NCBI GenBank assembly: GCA_963785305.1
Contig: CAWAUV010000007.1
Location: 1,952,001-2,016,000 of the forward strand
Direction of reading: 5' to 3'
DNA from: an uncultured Planctomycetaceae bacterium
GTDB taxonomy: Bacteria; Planctomycetota; Planctomycetia; Pirellulales; PALSA-1355
DNA: 64,000 bases
Every line of letters begins with the position of its first letter. Position 1 is the first letter of the stretch. A model generated the notes under the pieces. The model ran no database searches. It saw only the letters and a program-made list of their open reading frames with translations, and was not told where the DNA came from. This document shows, piece after piece, positions 34,148 to 44,448 of the stretch. Position numbers and translations under genes: made by a program.

Positions 34148-37100
34148 ATGTCCGCTCGTCGCAGTGAAGTAGTCATCCTGATCCGCGCGCTCGTGGTATC
34201 GAGCTGCGCGCTGGGGGCGCTGACTGCGCGCGGACAAGATGCATCGCCTCCCGCCGGCGGAACCTATTATCCCGGCCCTCCGACAGCTTCGCCCAGCCCA
34301 CCGGCTTTGAATCCACCCTTGGGCCCGGCAGGTTCGCAGTCGCCCGGCCAGTTCCCGCCCGCGACCCAGGGCGGCCCGCCGTCGTCGGGCGGGCCATCGT
34401 CGCCGGTGGGGTCATCGCCGCCAAGTAGCGAGCCGGTACCCGCGCCGCCCATTCCGATCGATGCCCAGGTGGTCGATATTCGCCTCGTGGGCAATCGCCG
34501 CGTCACGCGTTCGGAAATCATTTCCAAGATGCACACCAAGGCGAGCCGGCCGTTCGACCAAGCGACGCTCGAAAGAGATGTTCGCGCCCTGGCCACCTGG
34601 GGCAAGTTCATCGATGTCAAGACACGCAAGGAATCCGTGCCCGGCGGTGTGTTGATCACGGTCGAAGTGATCGAGCGTCCGACATTGGAATACGTCAAAT
34701 TCCTGGGCAACAAGAAAGTCGGCCGCATGGCGCTGGCCAAGCAGGTCGACTTGAAGAAGGGCTCGCCGCTCGAGCCCTACGCGATCGAGGAGGGCAAGCG
34801 CAAGCTCGAGGAATACTATCGCGGCAAGGGCTTCAACGATGTGCAAGTCACGCTGCTCGAAGGCACCCAGCCCGACGACCACGGCGCCGTGTATTTGATT
34901 CACGAGGGCCCGCCGCAGAAAATCGCCAAGGTCGATTTCGTGGGCAACAGCATCGCCACCGATGGCCGGCTCAAGACCCAGATCGGCAGCAAGCCGCCGA
35001 TCCTCTGGCTCTTCAAGGGCGAAGTCGATCGCAAGAAGATCGAAGAAGACAAAGAGCATTTGACCGCCTATTATCGCGGACTTGGATTCTTTCGCGCCCA
35101 TGTGGGCGTCGAAACTCAGTGGAACGAAACCGAGGATCGACTCTCGATCACGTTCGTCATCGACGAAGGTCCCCGGGCACGCGTGCGGGAGGTCAAAATC
35201 CTCGGCAACTCGAAATTCACCTTCGAGCAGCTCTCGCACGACCTCGAGCTCAAGCAGAAAGATTGGTTCGATCAGGCCAAACTCGCCAAGGATGTCACCA
35301 CCCTCCGCGATCTCTATGGCGGTCAAGGCTATGTGTTTTGCGATGTGCAGCCCGAGACCCGGGTGCTCGAAGACGCCACGGCCATGGACATGGTCTATGT
35401 GATTCGCGAGGGCGATCGATACCGTGTGTCGAGGATCAATGTGCATATCGAAAGCACCGACACGATCCATCCGCACACCAGCCAGCGCACCGTGCTCAAT
35501 CGGTTGTCGCTGCGTCCGGGCGATATCATCGATGTCAACAAGCTGCGGCAGAGCGAGCGGCGGTTGAAGGCGTCGCAATTGTTCGTGTCGGATCCAAGCA
35601 AGGGCCGGCCGCCGACGATCGTGTTCACGCCGCCCGACAGCGAAAATCCCGACGCCAACGGCGAAAGCGTGGCGCACAAGCCGAAGAAGCGTGGCCGCAC
35701 GGCATCGGGCGGGACCTTCCGCGGCCAAAGCCCCGATCCCGAGGATTCGCAAGAGCCGATGGAGACTCCGGAAACGAAAAGCGGCTTATGGCGGTTGCTC
35801 ACCCGCCCGAAATCCTCGAGCGGCGTCGCGCCGGAGCCGGAGTCCGACGAACCCCTACCACGTTGGAAACAGGTCAGCATTCCGCTCGAAGTGGTTCCCG
35901 AGCCCGGCGCCGAGCCGAATGCCCGCGCCCGCCGCGGCGCGTCGCGCCGATCGCCGGCGGCCAACCCGCGACTTCATCGATGCCGGCCAGCGCCGCGCCG
36001 ATCACCGCGGCGGTAGCGCCAACCGTCGCGACCCGAACCGCGGCGATTCCCCAACCGCAAGTTTCGGGACCGTTTACACCCGGTGCTCGAGCGACAGTTA
36101 CACCTGGTGCTCGAGCGACAGACGTTCGCCCGGCGTCGGCCTTTGCTTCCGCCAATCCTGGAACGAATGGGGCTCGGCGGATCGCCGTGACCGATGCCGG
36201 ACAGAGCCCGGCGAGCGGCGTGAGCGCGGCGTCGTACATCGCGCCGAGCCAATCGTCGCCGACGGAGAACTTCGGCGAAGCCCAGCGGAATCAGCTCGCG
36301 GGCGCCGCGGCGACCGACGCCATGGCGCCTTTGAATCCGCGCTTCGGCCCACCCTCGCCGCCGGCACGACGCTTCACGTGGTTTGTGATGATGGACCGCT
36401 CGGCCGGCTGGCTCGACGATATCCATCCGCGCTGTCTGGTGAATCCCGAGCCCGCGGCGCGAGGCTCCGGCTCGCCGATCTTTCGCGGGCAAGACCCCAA
36501 CTCCGGCTTCGGCCCGCCGGGCGGGTACAACCCGTCGAATCCACTGGGGCCGGGCTCCGGGCCGGGCGCGCCGCTCGTGCCGGGCGCCGGGGCGCCGGGC
36601 ATTCTTGGCGGGCCACCGGTCTCGCCGCTCGAAGATCCCGTGCGCGAGATTCCGCTCGATGTCTACACCACCGAAACCCAAACCGGACGCCTCATGTTCG
36701 GCGCCGGCATCAACTCGAACGCCGGCCTCGTGGGCAATGTGACCGTCGACGAGCAGAACTTCGATTGGCGCCGCATTCCCACCAGCAGCGAAGACTGGCG
36801 CAATGGCACCGCCTTCCGCGGCGGCGGCCAGCGATTCAACATCTCCATGTCGCCGGGCACCTTGCTGCAGCGCTATTCGGTGTCGTTCTCCGAGCCTTAT
36901 CTCTGGGACACCCCGGTCAGCTTCGGCGTGAGCGGCGCTTACTTCCAGCGATACTACATGAACTGGACCGAGCAACGCTCGGGCGGACGCATCGCCACGG
37001 GTTATCAAATCACGCCCGATTTGAGCGGCAGCGTGGCTTTCAGCGGCGACGATGTGAAGATTTCGAATCCCAGCAACCCGAGCGAACCGCAGTTGGCTCG

Positions 37101-37716
37101 CGTGCTCGGCCACACGGCGCTGTTGGGCGTGACCGGCTCGTTGGTCTACGACACTCGCGACAACACATTCCTCGCCACGCAGGGCCGATACTATAATCTT
37201 TCGGTTGAACAGGCGTTTGGCACATTCGTCTTTCCGCGGGCGGTGCTCGATGTGCGTCGCTTTTTCACGCTGCATCAGCGGCCCGACGGCTCGGGCCGCC
37301 ATGTGGTGGCGGTGTCCGGCTTGTTCGGGGCCGAAGGCAATAACGCTCCGCTCTACGATCACTTCTTCGCGGGCGGTATCGGCACGATTCGCGGCTTCTA
37401 CTATCGCGGGGCGTCGCCGGTCGATCAGGGCGTGATCGTCGGCGGCACGACCGAGGCGTTGTTCTCGGTCGAATACGTGTTTCCGATCACGGCCGACGAC
37501 ATGCTCCGCGGCACCGTGTTCGTCGATGGCGGATTGCTCGAGCCCGGCTTCACCTATCAACCGTCGAGCGTGCGGCTCGCTCCGGGCTTTGGCGTTCTGA
37601 TCAATGTGCCGGCCATGGGCCCGGCGCCGATCAATGTTGGCATTGCGATCCCGGTGATGCGGAATCCGAACGACACGCTGCAATACTTCTACTTCTCGAT
37701 GGGCTTCGGCCGCTAA
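34148..37716 (+). CDS. bamA: BamA/Omp85 outer-membrane assembly factor with POTRA domains (indel near 35925)
   Basis: POTRA repeats (IRLVGNRRV, VKFLGNKKV, VDFVGNSIA, VKILGNSKF); barrel ETQTGRLMFGAGINS, FSEPYLWD, YDTRDN, FFAGGIGTIRGF, C-terminal FYFSMGFGR. Confidence 0.88.
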
Positions 37717-38146
37717 TCGAAAAGCGTCGCTCCTCGCCGCGAGGTCCCCCCTGCGCCTTTGGTGAGCGGCGTCCGCCGTTCGAAGAACGAGATGAAAGCC
37801 CGCCCGGCACGGAATCGAGTCAAGAACAAAATATCAGAATTCTATTTGATCCGCGCCGATCCGCGGGTTTTTATGGAAGTCGAGGAAACGCACGGGCGAA
37901 ACCACGCCTACAAACGCCATCGGTGGCCGGTATTGGGTATTCCACATTCGCCCGAGATGCCATCGTGAACTAGAGTTCCTTGGCGGTTGTCCGCATCGTT
38001 GGCGGACGGGCCATATCGGCAAGCATTATCGGAGTGATTTAGCCTTGAGTTTCCCAATGAAAATGCGAGCCGGATCGTTTCGGCGTTCGGCGAACGAGCA
38101 TCGCGTCAATGCGCCCACGACCCATCTGGAAGTGTTGACCCGCCGG

Positions 38147-38332
38147 GTGATCGACCGTCCGTGGCGGCTCGTTCGCCGGCTGCTTGGTGATGAATCCGGG
38201 CCGACGGCCGTGGAATACGCGGTCATGTTGGCGCTGATTGTGATCGTATGCCTGTCGGCAGTGAAAACGCTGGGCTCCAACGCGAGCACCAAGTTCTCGA
38301 CAGTCGCGGCCTCGCTGGCCAGTGGAAGCTAA
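38147..38332 (+). CDS. Flp family type IVb pilin
   Basis: LLGDESGPTAVEYAVMLALIVIVCLSAVKTLG: prepilin G cleavage site, EY motif and hydrophobic helix. Confidence 0.92.
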   Translation: MIDRPWRLVRRLLGDESGPTAVEYAVMLALIVIVCLSAVKTLGSNASTKFSTVAASLASGS

Positions 38333-38409
38333 TGACGCGCGGATAACCCCGGGGCTCAAAAACGGCGCCTCGCTTGAATCTCCGCCGTTTGAATCCGCCC
38401 CGGTGTTTC

Positions 38410-39546
38410 TTAAACCCAACCGCGTCGCTTGAACCACAGCAGCATGCCGCCCGAAAGGCACCCGCAGGCCAAGAGAAACAGCGGGTAGGTCCACTGGCTT
38501 TGCTGGCCGGGCAGCGGCACATTCATTCCGTAGACACCGGCGAGAAATGTGAGCGGAATGAAGATCGTGCCCATGATCGTGAGCACTTTCATGATCTCGT
38601 TCATGCGAATCGACAGCGCCGACATGTAGATTTCCGTGAGGCCATTCGCGAATTCGCGGTAGGTCTCCACGAGGTCGATGATCTGCACCGTGTGGTCGTA
38701 CACATCACGGAGATAGGTGCGAGTTTCGGCCGACATGCACTCGTGGGTCTCGCGCTGCAGGTTGTTGATCACTTCGCGCATCGGCCAGGCGGCCCGGCGG
38801 AGGGTGAGTAGTTCGCGCTTGATCGCGTGGATTTCCAGCATCGCTCCCTGGGCGGGCTGGCCGAGCACCATGTCCTCCAGATCCTCGAGCCGATCCGAGT
38901 AGCGCTCCAGAATCGGGAAGCACTGGTCCACGATCGCGTCGAGCAGCGAATAGAGCAGAAAGCTCACATCGGTCTCGCGCAGCCGCGAGCCCGGCGTCGC
39001 GAGCCGCTGCCGCACCGGCGACCAAACATCGCCCGCGCGAGTCTCCTGAAAAGTGAGCAGCGTCTTGCGACCCACGAACAAACTCACCTGCTCGCTCCGC
39101 AAACCGCCTGACGCGAGCGTCACCATGCGGGCCACGATAAACAATCGGGCATGGCTCTCGGCCGAGCTCGGATAATCCTCGACCTTGGCCCGCTGCGGAA
39201 TCTGCACCACGTCTTCGACCGCCAGCGGATGGAGGTCGTATTTGACCGCGATCGCCCGGATTACGGCCATGTCGTCGACGCCATCGACATTGATCCACCG
39301 CACGGCCGACCACTCGGGCCGATGCGCCGCCAAGAAACCGGCCAAATCGTCGATCGGGCGACTTTCGAATCGCTCGGCCGAATAGTCGATGGCCGTGACC
39401 ACGGCCGGCGCCACGCGTCCGGTCGCCAGGGGCAATTCGTAGCGGTCGCCCGGAGCCGCCTCGACTGTTTTCGCGTTGTCGGCGGCCTCGCGCGGCTGGG
39501 GCGTTTGGGGCGACAGAGTGGCGTCCTCGGGCGGGTGCTGCGACAT
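38410..39546 (-). CDS. corA: Magnesium/cobalt transporter CorA
   Basis: WINVDG, LHPLAVED, QRAKVEDY, MNEIMKVLT, FIPLTFLAGVYGMN. Confidence 0.95.
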   Translation of the reverse strand: MSQHPPEDATLSPQTPQPREAADNAKTVEAAPGDRYELPLATGRVAPAVVTAIDYSAERFESRPIDDLAGFLAAHRPEWSAVRWINVDGVDDMAVIRAIAVKYDLHPLAVEDVVQIPQRAKVEDYPSSAESHARLFIVARMVTLASGGLRSEQVSLFVGRKTLLTFQETRAGDVWSPVRQRLATPGSRLRETDVSFLLYSLLDAIVDQCFPILERYSDRLEDLEDMVLGQPAQGAMLEIHAIKRELLTLRRAAWPMREVINNLQRETHECMSAETRTYLRDVYDHTVQIIDLVETYREFANGLTEIYMSALSIRMNEIMKVLTIMGTIFIPLTFLAGVYGMNVPLPGQQSQWTYPLFLLACGCLSGGMLLWFKRRGWV

Positions 39547-39666
39547 GGGGTCGATTATACGCGCCGGCTACGCTGGAGCGAAACCATTTCGCCCGGCCCG
39601 CGGCGGCTGATATGCTAATCCGCCGACCGACGTTGCCGTTGCACGATGCGCCTTGGAGCCCGTTGA

Positions 39667-41712
39667 ATGTTCGCCGAGTCCAAAAATCAAACGCTTTTCG
39701 GCCACCCGGCTGGCCTCTATACGCTGTTTTTCGCCGAGCTTTGGGAACGGTTCTCGTACTACGGCATGCGAGCGCTGCTGCTCTTCTACATGCTTAAAGG
39801 CTTTTTGGGCTACGACGACGAGCGGGCCTATCCCACCTATGGCGCTTATACGGCACTCGTCTACATGACGCCGTTCTTCGGCGGAATGTTGGCCGACAAA
39901 CTGCTCGGGGCGCGGCGGGCCGTGGTGTTCGGCGGCTTGCTGATGGCCGCCGGGCATTTGCTCATGACCATCGAGCACACAATCGCGTTCTTTACCGCGC
40001 TGGGACTGCTCATCATCGGCAACGGCTTCTTCAAGCCGAACATTTCCACGATGGTCGGCGAGCTTTATGGCGCCAACGCCCCGCGGCGAGACGCGGGTTT
40101 CACCATCTTCTACATGGGCGTGAATCTTGGCGCGGCCCTTTCGCCGCTCCTGTGCGGCTACGTCGGAGAACGCTATGGCTGGCACTATGGTTTCGGACTG
40201 GCCACGATCGGCATGCTCACGGGCTTGGCCGTCTTCGTGCTGCCGGGCGGCGTCGCGCGTGTGTTGATCCTCGGCGCCGCGATTCTGGCCGCGGGCTCGC
40301 TCTTCATCTTGCACTCGACGAATCCTTACCTGATCGCCATCAATGTGTTCGTGGGCTTGGCTCTCTTGGCGGCGGCTGGCGTGGCGTGGATGTCGGTTTC
40401 GCGCGGTGGATTGCCGGCCGATGTGGGAAGGGCGCCCAAGGATTCCAGCGGCCAGCCGGCGTCGGCGTCCGGCTTGGCGACCTTGGCCACCTACGCGGTG
40501 TCGCTCCTGTGCGTGCCGCTGCTGGCGCTGCTCGTATCCGGCTTTTCGACGTTCACGCCCGACCACAAACCGCTGGTTATCATTGCGCCGGAATTCGTCG
40601 AACGGTTCACCAAGAGCGACAACCCCTTGAAGCAGTCGGTGGGCAGCATGCTCGCGCCGGCGAGCAAGGCGCATCCCAGCGGGTTGGTGCTGGCGCTTGC
40701 CGGCGCCGTGGCCGCGGCGTATTTGGCGCGAAAAATCGTTCGGCTGGAGCGCATCGCCCGACAGCGGATGTATGTCGTGCTCGTGCTAACGTTCGCGAGC
40801 ATGCTCTTTTGGGCATTTTTCGAACAGGCGGGCAGTTCGGTGAACAACTTCACCGACCGCAACGTCCGCCGCGTGTTTCACGCCTCCACGACGCGCACCA
40901 TTACGCCAGCCGATATCGGCGCCACGATCCACTTGCAGCCCACCCAGAATCAACTCGGATTCCGCAATGGCGGTAAAATGTTCACGCTCGATCAATTAGA
41001 CGCCCTGCGCAAGGAGCACTCCGACGATCCCGATTTCGAGATCGCTTGGCTGGTCTCGCCGGATAATATTTGCATGAACATCGACCATCGCGCCGACGAA
41101 GTCGCCGCGAGCGTGCTTCAAGCCGCCAACGCAATTTACATCCTCGTGTTGGGGCTTGTATTCACCGCTCTCTGGTCGCTGCTGGGCACGCGCGGCGTCG
41201 AGCCGAGCACTCCACTCAAATTCTCGCTGGGCCTCTTGCAGTTGGGTCTGGGATTCGTCGCGTTTTGGTATGGCGCCATCGACGCCAATTCGCGAGGGAT
41301 CGTCGCCATGCAATGGCTGCTGCTCGGATATCTTTTGCACACGACGGGCGAACTGTGCGTCTCGCCCGTCGGACTATCGATGGTCACCAAACTCTCTCCG
41401 CGCAACCTGGTGAGCACCGTGATGGGAACATGGTTTCTGGCCACGGCGTTTTCGCAATTCTTGGCGGCGATGATCGCGCAGTTCACGCGGGTCGATTCGG
41501 GCGGCGCCGGCAAGCAATCGATTCCACCACCCATCGATACCGTGGGCGTCTACGGCGACGTCTTCGGACGGATCGCGATCGCGGCGATCGTATCGGCCGG
41601 CGTATTTTTGGCGCTCACGCCGCTCTTGAAGAAATGGATGCACGAAGGATCGCCGGCCGAAAGCGACTCGGGTCGTGAGGATTCAGACCGTCCGACGCCC
41701 GGCCACGCGTGA
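39667..41712 (+). CDS. Proton-dependent oligopeptide (POT/PTR2) transporter
   Basis: FFAELWERFSYYGMRALL, GNGFFKPNIS, GFTIFYMGVNLGA, FEQAGSS, GELCVSPVGLS. Confidence 0.93.
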   Translation: MFAESKNQTLFGHPAGLYTLFFAELWERFSYYGMRALLLFYMLKGFLGYDDERAYPTYGAYTALVYMTPFFGGMLADKLLGARRAVVFGGLLMAAGHLLMTIEHTIAFFTALGLLIIGNGFFKPNISTMVGELYGANAPRRDAGFTIFYMGVNLGAALSPLLCGYVGERYGWHYGFGLATIGMLTGLAVFVLPGGVARVLILGAAILAAGSLFILHSTNPYLIAINVFVGLALLAAAGVAWMSVSRGGLPADVGRAPKDSSGQPASASGLATLATYAVSLLCVPLLALLVSGFSTFTPDHKPLVIIAPEFVERFTKSDNPLKQSVGSMLAPASKAHPSGLVLALAGAVAAAYLARKIVRLERIARQRMYVVLVLTFASMLFWAFFEQAGSSVNNFTDRNVRRVFHASTTRTITPADIGATIHLQPTQNQLGFRNGGKMFTLDQLDALRKEHSDDPDFEIAWLVSPDNICMNIDHRADEVAASVLQAANAIYILVLGLVFTALWSLLGTRGVEPSTPLKFSLGLLQLGLGFVAFWYGAIDANSRGIVAMQWLLLGYLLHTTGELCVSPVGLSMVTKLSPRNLVSTVMGTWFLATAFSQFLAAMIAQFTRVDSGGAGKQSIPPPIDTVGVYGDVFGRIAIAAIVSAGVFLALTPLLKKWMHEGSPAESDSGREDSDRPTPGHA

Positions 41713-41963
41713 AGTCGCTAACGAACGCTTGGCGACAATAAAAAGCAATTCGCCGCCTCGAGCCGACGAACCGCCCCCTTGCGGTTTGCCCATCCGCGGC
41801 GGAACATCGGTCGCGTCGTTTCCCCCCTGCCCAGCGCGGGGGCGAACTTGTTAAGATTCGAGGTTTCCCGTTGTAGGGAGCGCGGCGCATCGATGCTCCC
41901 GGGGGGCGACGGTTCGCGCCGCGCAACCCGGTCTCCCTTGGATTTTTGTGAGAAACTCGAAGC

Positions 41964-42533
41964 ATGTCACGAATCGCCCTTGCGTTTCGCGTTTTTTTCG
42001 CGGTGTTGTTTAATGCGGTCGCGGCGGATCGGATGCGAGCGGCGCTCGACAGCCATGCCGCTCCGTCGGCCGACGCGACCTCGACCAGCGGCCCCGACAC
42101 CCGGTCGTCAGCCGCCAAGCCAGCGCCGCCTGCTCGGCCCGCGGCGCCGGCTCGGAGCGAAGCGATCACGCTGCTCGCCACTTTGCAGCGCGAGGCCCGG
42201 CTGATCGACTTTTTGCAAGAACGGCTCGACGATTATTCCGACGCCCAGATCGGCGCCGCGGTGCGCGATGTGCATCGCCAGGCCGGCGACACCCTGCGGC
42301 GGCTCTTCGACCTGGCGCCGGTCGCCGATGGCGAGGAAGGCGCCATGATCGATGTGCCGGCCGAGGGCGGGGCGGCCCGGTTTCACTTGGTGGGAGCGGT
42401 CGGCGGCAGCGGCGCTCGACGCGGCGCACTGCGGCACAAAGGTTGGCGGGCCACGCGCTGCCAGTTGCCCGAATGGACCGGAGAGGAATCGGCCAAGTTC
42501 ATCGTCGCGCCGGCGGAGGTGGAGCTCTCGTGA
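41964..42533 (+). CDS. DUF2760-like protein
   Basis: AITLLATLQREARLIDFLQE...YSDAQIGAAVRDVH...GALRHKGW...APAEVEL; upstream of two Hsp70-like genes. Confidence 0.82.
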   Translation: MSRIALAFRVFFAVLFNAVAADRMRAALDSHAAPSADATSTSGPDTRSSAAKPAPPARPAAPARSEAITLLATLQREARLIDFLQERLDDYSDAQIGAAVRDVHRQAGDTLRRLFDLAPVADGEEGAMIDVPAEGGAARFHLVGAVGGSGARRGALRHKGWRATRCQLPEWTGEESAKFIVAPAEVELS

Positions 42534-44423
42534 GTGACAAACGCGCAAAAAGAGCGGGCCCAGGGCGACGCCGATGCTCCGCACGAATCGACCGCGGCCG
42601 GCGGCCGGCCCCAATTCGCCATCGGCATCGACCTGGGCACCACCAACAGCGTGCTCGCCTATGCGAGGCTCGACAACCTGCTTCCCGGGGCGCCGGTGAA
42701 AGTCGAGACGCTGCCGATACCGCAGCTTGTCGCCGCGGCCACGGTCGAAGCGCTGCCGTCGCTGGCGTCGTTTGCCTATCTACCGGCCGACGACGAGCGG
42801 AAAGGCAAAGCGTTTGCCTTGCCCTGGGACGCCGAGCCGCGGGGCGTGGTCGGAGAATTGGCCCGGCGCCAAGCAGCCGAAGCGCCACGCGCACGGTGGC
42901 GGCGGCCAAAAGTTGGCTGGGTCATAGCCGCGTCGATCGCCATCAGCCGATTCTCCCGCCGGGCGCTCCGGCCGAAGTCGAAAAAATCTCGCCGATCGAA
43001 GCCTCGCGCCGCTACCTCGCGCACTTGGTCGCCGCTTGGAACGCCGCAATGCCCGACGCTCCACTGGCCGAGCAGCAAGTCGTGCTCACGGCGCCGGCCT
43101 CGTTCGACGCCAGCGCCCGGGATCTCACGCGCGAAGCCGCCCTCGCCGCCGGGCTACCCGAGGATTTCGTGCTGCTCGAGGAGCCGCAAGCCGCCGTGTA
43201 TGCGTGGCTGGCCGAATTTGGCGATCGCTGGCGCCGCGAGCTCAAGCTGGGCGACCTGCTGCTGGTGTGCGACGTGGGCGGCGGCACCAGCGACTTCACG
43301 CTCATTGGCGTGGCCGAGGAAAACGGCGAACTCGAGCTGCGCCGGGTGGCGGTGGGCAATCATCTGCTGCTCGGTGGCGACAACATGGACCTGGCGCTGG
43401 CGCACCACGCGGCCGAGGCATTCAAGGCCAAGGGCGTTTCGCTCGACCCCTGGCAATCGGTGGCGCTCTGGCATTCGTGCCGCGCGGCCAAGGAATCGCT
43501 GCTCGCCGCCGACGGACCGAAGCGCCATTCGGTCACGGTGCTCGGCCGCGGCAGCAAGCTGATCGGCGGCACGGTGTCGGTGGATCTCGAGCGCGAGACG
43601 GTTTCGGCGCTCGTGGCCGATGGTTTTTTACCGACCTGTGCGCTCACGGATCGGCCGGCCCGTCGCCCGGCGAGCGGCTTTCGCGAGCTGGGATTGCCGT
43701 TTGAAATCGACGCCGCTATCACGCGCCACCTAGCAGCGTTTCTGGCGACCCATGGCGAAGCCGGCGCTCCGGCCCGGCCCACGCATGTGCTGTTCAACGG
43801 CGGCGTTTTCAAATCGCCGCGTTTGCGCGAGCGGCTACTGGAAGTGCTCGGCCAATGGTTTCCCGACGAATCAACAGCGCGTCGACCCCGCGCCCCTGGC
43901 CGGCGACCACGATCTCGACGCCGCCGTGGCCCGCGGCGCCGCGTATTATGGTCTTGCCAAGCGAGGGCGCGGAGTGCGAATTCGCGGCGGCACGGCGCGG
44001 GCCTATTATGTGGGCATCGAAACCGCCGGCCTCGCCATTCCCGGGGCGCCGCGTCCGCTCTCGGCGCTGTGCGTGGCGCCGATCGGCATGGAAGAAGGAA
44101 CCGAATCCGACGTGCCCGGCAGCGAGGTTGGACTCGTGGTGGGCGAACCAGCCAATTTTCGCTTCTTTAGTTCGTCGACGCGCCGCGACGATCGGCCCGG
44201 CGACGCGCTTTCGCGCTGGACGGAGGAAGAACTTTCGGAAACCGATTCGCTCGAAGCCACGCTTCCGGCCGCCGAGGAGACCGAAGAGGGTTATGTTCCG
44301 GTGCGATTTCTTTCGCGCGTGACCGAGCTTGGCGTGCTCGAGCTATGGTGCGTGTCGACCACGAACGATCAGCGCTGGAAATTGGAATTCAGCGTTCGCC
44401 AAGACGCCGAAATGCCCTCTTGA
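42534..44423 (+). CDS. Atypical Hsp70-family protein (indels near 42890 and 43875)
   Basis: [69 protein letters not shown]. Confidence 0.88.
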
Positions 44424-44448
44424 GTTACGAACAGGGCGGATGTGATCC

